Source: an uncultured Citrobacter sp. (lineage in GTDB: Bacteria > Bacteroidota > Bacteroidia > Chitinophagales > Chitinophagaceae). Taken from it: a DNA stretch of 64,000 nucleotides. The stretch covers positions 195,601 through 259,600 of the forward strand of contig CAYMZZ010000003.1 in the NCBI GenBank assembly GCA_964395095.1, in the 5' to 3' direction. Below, one piece after another: positions 8,559 to 16,387 of the stretch. The position numbers and the translations under genes are program-made. The notes below the pieces were generated by a model, which saw only the letters and a program-made list of their open reading frames with translations, was not told where the DNA came from and did no database searches. Positions within the stretch are counted from its first letter, which is position 1. Every line of letters starts with the position of its first letter.

Positions 8559-10727
8559 ATGAAGTTGTTGTTATCCATTATAGTCGGATGCTTATGTGCT
8601 TTTTCCTGCATGGCCCAAACCAGGACCGGAGAAAAGCCGCCCACGCAAAAGGAAATGCAGCAAATGATGAAGGAAGCTCAGCAGATGATGGAGGGAATGA
8701 GTGAGGAGGACCGGAAAATGATGGACAGCCTCGGCATCAGCCTGCCCGGTGTTAAGAATGTGCCCAAGGTTTCGGACAAGCAGTTGGCCAAAGCTTGGGA
8801 AGAGGAGAGCCGGGTAGTACCAAAAAGGGACGTCAAAAGAATTGCCGCAATCCCCAAGCCAGTATCGGATGCCCGCATGGGGGCTTACCTGTCCGCAATA
8901 CAAAGCAAATTTACCACAGCACTGAATGCTGAACTGGTAAGTGTAGGCAACAACATTTACAGCTATATCAAGCAAACTAGTAAAAACAGTGCCGAAGCAG
9001 GCAATATGGCTGCTGGTTTCTGGCTGATTGGTAAACCGCAATTGGCTTTGTATGCGTTGGGCCGGGTTTGCGGTGATGACCCTACCAATACAGATAACCT
9101 GAGCAATTTTGCGGCCATGTTATCCATGCAGGGTGCAGAGCATCTTGCTATTCCCATTCTTAATAATCTTTACTCAAAATTTCCACGGAACAGCACTATC
9201 CTGAATAACCTGGGGCAGGCATGGTTGGGTTTGGGCGAATTAATAAAAGCTGAAAAATATATTGACAGTGCCCTTGTGCTTTTCCCTTTTCATCCACAAG
9301 CCAATATGGCGAAAGCGGCTATTGCAGAAAGCAAGGGTAAAAAAGAAGTAGCCAAAGAGGCGATTAAGAAATCCACGCAACATTCTTATTCCGAAGAAAA
9401 AGAAGAAAAACTGGCAAAGTTGGGTGAGAAAATGGCGCATACCCGTTACCTGTTGCCGCCACGGCATAAAGCAGATGCGATGAACCTGGGAGGAATTCGC
9501 GCTCCTTTTTTCCCAAAAACATCACTTGCCTGTATTTCCGCTGAAGTGGAATGGAGGATTTTTTACGAACAGATAGATGAGAAAATAATCAGCCTGACAA
9601 AACTGAGAAATGACGCCGAAGATGCCGCTACGAAGGGAAAGCAACAAAGAATGAGCGGAACGGCGGCCTATATAAAGGCTGCCCAGAAAAACCCCGGAGC
9701 ACCGGGCCAAATGTTGGCTGTGCCGATTTATGCATCGAGGGCGACAAAGAAAATGAAAGCATCAATGGATTTGCTACAGCGCAAATGGGAATCCTATAAC
9801 TACCAGATAAAGCTTTATATACAGGAGTCACAGCAGTTGAAGAAGGCCTATGACGAAGAAATGGAGAAACTGCGCAAGGAAGATGATGAGCAAACCGGCG
9901 ACCACAGGGGTAATGAATCCTATTGTCCGAAATACATAGCGGTAACGGATAAATACCTGAACAATATTAATGGAAAACTTGAAGTATTGTATACAGACGC
10001 ATTAGCCCTTAAAAAGGAAATGTTGAATGAATCGGCCTATTATGCCCTGTATATGATGTGGCCCGATGAATTCCAGGTGGCAAAATTAGACTACCAGATA
10101 GAATGGCTCCGATTTCTGAAAAAAGGATTTGGGGCTCCCGCATATGGCTCCGGGTTTCCGTTTGTATCCATCACCCTCATGGAATACTCCTGTAACAACA
10201 TCTCCGAGGATGAAGAGCCGGAACTGACCAAACTGCAAAATTTTGACGATGTAAACTGTGCGTACCACAGTGAAATTCATTTGAAGATCATCAAGTTTTC
10301 AAGTGATTGCAGTCGCATGACCTCCGAACTGGATCTGAAATTTTTTCAATACACCCGAAAGGATGATTTTGAACGGGCAGAAGGAGATACCTATGTGAGC
10401 AGTACCATACAGATAAGTGCGGAAAAGGGACTGGGAGATAAAACAGAGAAAGGCCCCCTGAAAGCCGAAGCCAAAGTGGGTGCAGCAATTGTGATAGAAA
10501 TTGACCGTAAAGGCGTAAAGGATATTATACTCACAGCAGAGGCCAAGGTGGGCGGAGGCTTCAATGTTTTTGATGAAGGGTTGGAGAATCACGGTAGTAT
10601 TGCCGGGAAGGACATGGTTGACACAACCATTGAAGCAGGTATAGAAGGCCGCATCAGTATTATGAGCGGACAGGGTAGTGTTTCCGGGACAGGAATATTA
10701 CAAGGAGTAACAATCACAGAATTTTAA
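8559..10727 (+). CDS. exported hypothetical protein with TPR-like segment and coiled-coil region
   Basis: The track ORF starts at TTG 8538; the ATG at 8559 gives MKLLLSIIVGCLCAFSCMAQ, a signal peptide. A TPR-like stretch runs LSNFAAMLSMQGAE...NNLGQAWLGLGELIKAEKYIDSAL. The middle is charged and coiled-coil-like and the C-terminus is Gly/Ala-rich and beta-like. I recognise no catalytic motif. Confidence 0.6.
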   Translation: MKLLLSIIVGCLCAFSCMAQTRTGEKPPTQKEMQQMMKEAQQMMEGMSEEDRKMMDSLGISLPGVKNVPKVSDKQLAKAWEEESRVVPKRDVKRIAAIPKPVSDARMGAYLSAIQSKFTTALNAELVSVGNNIYSYIKQTSKNSAEAGNMAAGFWLIGKPQLALYALGRVCGDDPTNTDNLSNFAAMLSMQGAEHLAIPILNNLYSKFPRNSTILNNLGQAWLGLGELIKAEKYIDSALVLFPFHPQANMAKAAIAESKGKKEVAKEAIKKSTQHSYSEEKEEKLAKLGEKMAHTRYLLPPRHKADAMNLGGIRAPFFPKTSLACISAEVEWRIFYEQIDEKIISLTKLRNDAEDAATKGKQQRMSGTAAYIKAAQKNPGAPGQMLAVPIYASRATKKMKASMDLLQRKWESYNYQIKLYIQESQQLKKAYDEEMEKLRKEDDEQTGDHRGNESYCPKYIAVTDKYLNNINGKLEVLYTDALALKKEMLNESAYYALYMMWPDEFQVAKLDYQIEWLRFLKKGFGAPAYGSGFPFVSITLMEYSCNNISEDEEPELTKLQNFDDVNCAYHSEIHLKIIKFSSDCSRMTSELDLKFFQYTRKDDFERAEGDTYVSSTIQISAEKGLGDKTEKGPLKAEAKVGAAIVIEIDRKGVKDIILTAEAKVGGGFNVFDEGLENHGSIAGKDMVDTTIEAGIEGRISIMSGQGSVSGTGILQGVTITEF

Positions 10728-10736
10728 AAGCTTATT

Positions 10737-11942
10737 ATGAAAAGTGTATTCTTGTATCTTTTGCTGGTAAACGTTTCATGCGGGCAAGGGCAGCAGGTGC
10801 AGAAAGAGGATGTTCAACAGGTATTTGACATCGTATCCTACAAGGCACCGGTTGGCTGGCAAAATTCTTCCACCGCAGATGCCCTTTCTTTTAGTAAAGA
10901 AGATGACAAAGGTAACTATTGTGTAATAACCCTCTGCAGGTCGGTAGAAGCCGCAGCAGATGCCGGGTCCAACTTCAGGCTTAGCTGGGAAACGATGGCC
11001 ATGAATAAACTGGGATCCGGAAACGCCAGCATGCAACCGGAAAGCTCAGATAAAGGCTGGCAAACACTAATGGGTTCGGCTCCGTTTGAAAAAGATGGAT
11101 TGGCAGGTGTAGTGATTCTGGTGAATAGTTCCAAAAATAACAGGATGGTTAATATTTTGATACTGACTAATACGGATACGTTTCAAACGGAGATGGAGGC
11201 ATTTTTAGAATCAGTAACACTTAGGCAAGCGCCTTCAACCAATAGCCACCCTGCCAATACTGCATCAACAAATGCATCAAACCCTGTAAATGGCAAATCC
11301 GAACTCTGGGCATTAAGAAGAAATATTTCGAATGGGTCCATGTTTGATAAGGGGATAACCGAGTATTATGTCATTTATCCAAATGGAGATTTTTACCCCA
11401 ATGTGCCCTATAATGGGCTGCACAATTTCGACAAATCGATTCACCCCGAATCTTGGGGAAGGTTTACCATAAAGGGAACTGAAGGAAGGTTTAAGAATCA
11501 GTATAATGACATAGCTGTAACCAGGAAATCGTCCACCAGGATGGACAGAAACGGATATGCTGCAGGCTTTCATAAATGTTTACCCGTGGATGGTTTACGG
11601 ATTGAGGGTGCCTACACGCATGTATCACCCGATTGGGGTAAAGATGCCCAATTAAATTACCTGAGCGGACCAGGATGTCAGTTTGTAATTTACTTCAAAA
11701 AAGACGGAACCTTTGATGATAGGGGAGTTTTCAGTTCATTAGCAGGAGGCTGCAGCGACTGCAATTGCCAGGGTGGTAAAGGTAACTACAGCATTGAAAA
11801 TTTCACCATCACATTTCAATACGATGATGGCCGGGTGGTACGCCGTTTGTTCTCGGCTTTCCCTGCCCAGGATCCCGCGACGTATAATGAGGCTTATTTT
11901 ATCGGCGGCACCCAATACTACAAGAAGAAGCAAAGGCTTTAA
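10737..11942 (+). CDS. exported hypothetical protein (possible lipoprotein)
   Basis: 401 aa with N-terminus MKSVFLYLLLVNVSCGQ. It starts 9 nt after the previous gene. I recognise no domain. Confidence 0.55.
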   Translation: MKSVFLYLLLVNVSCGQGQQVQKEDVQQVFDIVSYKAPVGWQNSSTADALSFSKEDDKGNYCVITLCRSVEAAADAGSNFRLSWETMAMNKLGSGNASMQPESSDKGWQTLMGSAPFEKDGLAGVVILVNSSKNNRMVNILILTNTDTFQTEMEAFLESVTLRQAPSTNSHPANTASTNASNPVNGKSELWALRRNISNGSMFDKGITEYYVIYPNGDFYPNVPYNGLHNFDKSIHPESWGRFTIKGTEGRFKNQYNDIAVTRKSSTRMDRNGYAAGFHKCLPVDGLRIEGAYTHVSPDWGKDAQLNYLSGPGCQFVIYFKKDGTFDDRGVFSSLAGGCSDCNCQGGKGNYSIENFTITFQYDDGRVVRRLFSAFPAQDPATYNEAYFIGGTQYYKKKQRL

Positions 11943-11953
11943 AACCACTTGTA

Positions 11954-13879
11954 ATGAGAAAAATTTCAATCATACTTTGCCTGCTGCTAGTGGTGGCAAA
12001 TACTTATGCTCAGAGGTCCAAAGATGCACGACTTGAGGACAGTATTTTTAAATGGAAGGCCATTCCCAAATTAAATGCATCTGGCTACACAAGAACCTTT
12101 ACCCCGGCGCAACTAAAGCATCCTGCGCTATTTGCTCAATGGTTACAGAAAAGTTATTTCCCAGTTGGAGCATTGGATTTTTCTACTGCCATTGCCGAGC
12201 CCAACAAAAAAGACGAGGTGCAGCCATTTGGCACGGGACTGAATGCAGCCATGTGGCGTGCCATGTGGGATAGGACAGGCACTAAGGCAGTGAAGCAACC
12301 CCATACCGAAAACTCAATTTACGTTATTACAAACCATATTATTGATGCGGCACCCATAACTATGCTTACCGTTCCTGGAAGGGCAGTATTTGTTAGGCGC
12401 TCACCTGCTATCGAAAAGGCTTTTGCTGGCAGCAGCGAATATAGAAATAAGTTTGTGCGTCAGCTCCAATTGGAGCAACACCCACAAATAGGCAAATACA
12501 TCATTCAGTATTTTGGTTGTGACGGTGAAGGTTGCCAGCCGCTGGTAGCCGTTTACCTGGCACCCAACAATAAGTTGCCCATCCGCCAGTTGACCCGGGG
12601 CGAAGTGCTGGATATGTGTGAGCAGGCAATAGCAACTGAAGCCGGAAAACGCAGAGAAAAGATCAGGGCCGAAAACAGAACCTATGGGATCGCCGCACAG
12701 CAAAAATGGGTAAAACATTTCGATGATGAGATTCTGCCACGCTGGAGAGCGAATCTTGAAAAATTGAGAGACAAATATCAGGGTGCATTAGGTATTCCCG
12801 CTGAAATGACTCATTCGAACGGTATTTGGATGAGTGATTTTGAAACTTACAAAGATATATTTGATACGGAAGATGCAAATCGTTTCAATAATAATACTTA
12901 TGGTATTTATACGTATGAAGAGAATGTGTTGCAGAGAAGTAAACAGGATCAACCACTTTGGATTTGTATTAGCTGGAAACCTACTGATATTCAATACAAC
13001 GCTTTTGAAAGGGAAATACACCGAAGTATGACGACTCATTTCAACTTTGATTATGTGTACGATTATTTTTTCAATGCGGAGAAAGTGAAGGGCAAGGCGT
13101 ATACCACCTTGAACAGCGACCAGCAGGAAGCACATCTTGCTTCCTATAAAAAAAGGAAGGAGAGCAATGCTACAGTTTCAGGAAATCGTGCAAGCAATCT
13201 GTATTTTTTTGACGACTTTTCGGGAAACAGTGCAGGAGAAACGCCCATAGGCTGGTATATTCCAGGCTCAGGTGAACCATCGGTAGTGGCCACCCCAAAG
13301 GGACAAGCGGGAAATTGGGTGAAACTGGGGCATTACAGGCTGATGCCTAACGATAATGGTAAACCGCTGCCGGAAAATTTTCGGATGGAGTTCGACGTAG
13401 CTACCAACAGCGACTTTGTCGAAAATACAGGAGGAGCTTTTCAATTGCGACTCCACAACAAAATCCTTACACCGAACGGCGACTATAAAGATGCTCCGAA
13501 ACAGATTTTTATAGACCTGGATGCCAAAGCCGGCAATGCAAAATTTACCCAAAACCCCACAGGATACACACGGGTAAAGGTTAGCTATACTGGAATGAAT
13601 AGCGCTTTAAGGCATGCCGACATACTACAATACAACAGCGATTTCAGCAATAGAAAGAGCAAAGTGCATTTCAGTATCATTAAGGAGGGGAGGAAGGTAA
13701 AAGCCTTTATTGATGGAAAGGAAATCATTGCCAGGGATAAGAACGGTGAAACTATTTCCGGATTTAATGAGTTGCCGGAAGGTACCAGGTTCACTTCTTT
13801 CTATTTTGAAAATATCACCAGCAGCAGTAGCAAACACCTTGGGATATATATCACCAATGTTAGCATAACGGCAATTTAG
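11954..13879 (+). CDS. exported hypothetical protein, C-terminal jelly-roll-like (ConA/DUF1080-like) region
   Basis: 641 aa with signal peptide MRKISIILCLLLVVANTYAQ. The C-terminal ~210 aa (YFFDDFSGNSAGETPIGW...FRMEFDV...) resemble lectin-like beta-sandwich domains by pattern only. Confidence 0.55.
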   Translation: MRKISIILCLLLVVANTYAQRSKDARLEDSIFKWKAIPKLNASGYTRTFTPAQLKHPALFAQWLQKSYFPVGALDFSTAIAEPNKKDEVQPFGTGLNAAMWRAMWDRTGTKAVKQPHTENSIYVITNHIIDAAPITMLTVPGRAVFVRRSPAIEKAFAGSSEYRNKFVRQLQLEQHPQIGKYIIQYFGCDGEGCQPLVAVYLAPNNKLPIRQLTRGEVLDMCEQAIATEAGKRREKIRAENRTYGIAAQQKWVKHFDDEILPRWRANLEKLRDKYQGALGIPAEMTHSNGIWMSDFETYKDIFDTEDANRFNNNTYGIYTYEENVLQRSKQDQPLWICISWKPTDIQYNAFEREIHRSMTTHFNFDYVYDYFFNAEKVKGKAYTTLNSDQQEAHLASYKKRKESNATVSGNRASNLYFFDDFSGNSAGETPIGWYIPGSGEPSVVATPKGQAGNWVKLGHYRLMPNDNGKPLPENFRMEFDVATNSDFVENTGGAFQLRLHNKILTPNGDYKDAPKQIFIDLDAKAGNAKFTQNPTGYTRVKVSYTGMNSALRHADILQYNSDFSNRKSKVHFSIIKEGRKVKAFIDGKEIIARDKNGETISGFNELPEGTRFTSFYFENITSSSSKHLGIYITNVSITAI

Positions 13880-13909
13880 CCGCAATCGTTTTTATTATTA
13901 CCTTCCCAT

Positions 13910-13976
13910 TGCTCTTATGAACGGGCAGCAACACAATTCGAGCAACCACTCCGAAGCTGTTTTGCGGCTTTCCAAT
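13910..13976. repeat. 67-bp direct repeat, copy 2 (identical to 5524..5590)
   Basis: It begins 31 nt after the stop of the 11954..13879 gene. About 12 nt of degenerate similarity (ttaccttc...) extends upstream in both copies. Confidence 0.95.
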
Positions 13977-14101
13977 ATTGGTGCAATACCTGGTTGAATT
14001 GGCCAATCCTATGATTTATGAATTGATATCGGAGGAATTGGTACAAAAAATTTTGAACAATCTTGACAGCCATTCGGGCTCATAGACTGCTTAGTTGAAA
14101 A

Positions 14102-14464
14102 TCAGCTCCTCAATATCTTCTCCATCTTCCGGCCCTTCGCCAGCTCATCTACCAGCTTGTCGAGCCAGCGAACTTTTTTCATCAATGGGTCTTCAATTTC
14201 TTCGATTCGGTATCCACAGATCATACCCGTTATTAAAGGAGCATTGGGGTGCAGCGTAGCCATAGCGAAAAACTCCGCGAAACTGACATTATCCTTGATA
14301 AGCTTCTGCAATTGCTTCTTATCATAGCCGGTCAACCATTCAATCACCTGCTGCAATTCCGCTTCGGTCCTGCCTTTTTTCTCCACCTTGGTTACATAGT
14401 GCGGATACACCGATGCAAAACTCATCTTCGCCACGCGTTCGTTGGCGGCGTTTGAATTGTTCAT
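14102..14464 (-). CDS. DUF2200 domain-containing protein
   Basis: 120 aa; ...MSFASVYPHYVTKVEKKGRTEAELQQVIEWLTGY...FFAMATLHPNAPLITG is the typical DUF2200 pattern. Confidence 0.7.
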   Translation of the reverse strand: MNNSNAANERVAKMSFASVYPHYVTKVEKKGRTEAELQQVIEWLTGYDKKQLQKLIKDNVSFAEFFAMATLHPNAPLITGMICGYRIEEIEDPLMKKVRWLDKLVDELAKGRKMEKILRS

Positions 14465-14612
14465 GATTTATAGGTTTCGGTATGCATGATTTAGGGCACG
14501 GGTGACAACGCGACACTAATTTACAATGGCCGGAAGGATAATGGGAAAAATGTAAAAAAAATTTGCGCAGTTAAATGGCTGCACTATATTTGCAGTCGAA
14601 TGACTGCATAAT

Positions 14613-14939
14613 ATGGAAACACGCCGAGACATCTTTCAGGCAATCGCCGATCCCACGCGTCGCGCTATTTTGGGCTTGCTGGCCTTACAGGCCATGACAC
14701 CCGGCGCCATTGCGGAACAGTTTGATTCTACCCGGCAAACCGTTTCGAAACATATCCAGATACTAACGGAATGCGAGCTGCTAAAGCAGGAGCAAAGGGG
14801 ACGCGAAATTTACTATCATTTCAATCCAGCCAAATTGAAGGAACTCTCGGATTGGGTAAGCCAGTACCAGCATTTCTGGGACAAGAAGCTGGATTCGCTG
14901 GAATCCTATCTCACCAAAATTCAAAAAAAGAAAAAATAG
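14613..14939 (+). CDS. ArsR/SmtB-family transcriptional regulator
   Basis: Winged HTH: IFQAIADPTRRAILGLLALQAMTPGAIAEQFDSTRQTVSKHIQILTECELL. Confidence 0.85.
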   Translation: METRRDIFQAIADPTRRAILGLLALQAMTPGAIAEQFDSTRQTVSKHIQILTECELLKQEQRGREIYYHFNPAKLKELSDWVSQYQHFWDKKLDSLESYLTKIQKKKK

Positions 14940-14942
14940 AAT

Positions 14943-15422
14943 ATGGAACAAAAGAACGCATTTATCCGGCAGGGCAATATTCTAATCCATATCCGCTTGC
15001 TCAATGCCCCAAGGGAATTGGTTTGGGAAGTATGGACCAATCCCGATCATCTGAAAGAATGGTGGGGGCCCGATGGATTTTCCCTGACCACCCATTCAAT
15101 GAGCGTGGCGCCCGGTCAATGCTGGGATTTTATCATGCACGGTATGGGACAGGATTGGGACAACAGGATTGAATACGTGGAAGTGAACAAACCATCTCTG
15201 CTTACCTATAAACATTCCGGCGCGGAAAACGAAGATTACAACTTTACCGTATCGGTAAGCTTTGAAGAAGTGGATGGGAAAACTTTGCTAACGATGAAGT
15301 CGGTATTCAAATCGGAAGAAATAATTGAAGAACTCAATAGGAAAGTAAATGCCATTGAGGCTGGCAAGCAGACGTTGAACAGGCTGGGGAATTACCTGGA
15401 AATCGTGAGGCGTGAGGCGTGA
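14943..15422 (+). CDS. SRPBCC (AHSA1/START-like) domain protein
   Basis: 159 aa; APRELVWEVWTNPDHLKEWWGPDGF is typical of Aha1-like SRPBCC proteins, which commonly pair with an ArsR gene. It starts 4 nt after the ArsR stop. Confidence 0.75.
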   Translation: MEQKNAFIRQGNILIHIRLLNAPRELVWEVWTNPDHLKEWWGPDGFSLTTHSMSVAPGQCWDFIMHGMGQDWDNRIEYVEVNKPSLLTYKHSGAENEDYNFTVSVSFEEVDGKTLLTMKSVFKSEEIIEELNRKVNAIEAGKQTLNRLGNYLEIVRREA

Positions 15423-15750
15423 GTCGTGAGTAGTGAGTAGTAAGTAGTAAGTCTAATGTTCTAATTAGAGCTGACAGTTCTTACTATAATCAACTTATCT
15501 GCGTATATCTGCGGAATAATCTGCGAAAATCTGCGGGAAATATTTCTGCACTTTAATCAGGTTTGGAATTCAGGAAGTTTTCCCGCGGATTTGCGCAGAT
15601 TCTGACGCAGATTTTCGCAGATTTATTTATACCCTCCCAAAAGGAAATTCATGGTTGTGAATAACATACACTATTTTCCTACTCCCAACTCCCAACTCCC
15701 TACTCCCTACTCACGCCTCACGCCTCACGCCTCACGCCTCACGATTCACG
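15401..15750. repeat. nested inverted word-repeat element between convergent genes
   Basis: The left arm at 15401-15452 is built of 7-nt words (cgtgagg, cgtgagt, agtgagt, agtaagt). The right arm at 15678-15750 holds the complementary words (cctactc, cctcacg). An inner ATCTGCG-word palindrome sits at 15497-15622. Confidence 0.85.
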
Positions 15751-16188
15751 TTGTGGCAACTTCACCACTCTTCCCCAAAAATGCTCTATGCTTCCTACTA
15801 CTTCCATAAACTCATCGACTTCCACCGGTTTGCTGATAAAGCAGTTGGCATGGTTGCGATAGGAGGTCATGATATCCCGCTCGGAAGAGGAGGTGGTGAG
15901 CATGATCACGGGGATATGCCGGAAATGATCGCTTTGTTTGATGAAAGCCAACACCTCCTGTCCGTTTTTCCGGGGCATATTGATATCGAGCAGGATGATG
16001 TCGGGTGTCTGGCTGTTGGCATAATCTCCTTTCTTCTCCAGGAACCAGATGGCTTCCTGCCCATCGCGGGCCACACTCAGTGTATGGGGTACCCCTCCCT
16101 CTTCCAGCGCCTCGGTGGTGAGTAATATATCTCCCTCATTGTCTTCCACCAGCAAAATATGAAGTGGCTTACTCATCATTTCGTTCAT
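15739..16188 (-). CDS. single-domain response regulator (CheY/Rcp-like)
   Basis: The receiver domain is ILLVEDNEGDILL...IILLDINMPRKNG...MLTTS...CFISKP. The start is taken at the internal Met (MNEMMSKPLH); the track ORF extends to 16284. Confidence 0.85.
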   Translation of the reverse strand: MNEMMSKPLHILLVEDNEGDILLTTEALEEGGVPHTLSVARDGQEAIWFLEKKGDYANSQTPDIILLDINMPRKNGQEVLAFIKQSDHFRHIPVIMLTTSSSERDIMTSYRNHANCFISKPVEVDEFMEVVGSIEHFWGRVVKLPQRES

Positions 16189-16387
16189 AAAGGTTCTGGC
16201 TCCGGTTTTATTCGTTCGGGAAAACAGCCGTCCTGGGTATTTGTTCTGCCAGGTGATAAAAAACATTTTATCATTTTTTCCCATCTCTCCGTAGGAGGCC
16301 AGCGCGTTAAATGTAGGTCAGGAATGGTGAATCTGCAAGAAGCTTGCGGCTGAGCGGAAATTATTTTTTTAGGAGCCGGTGCCCTGG

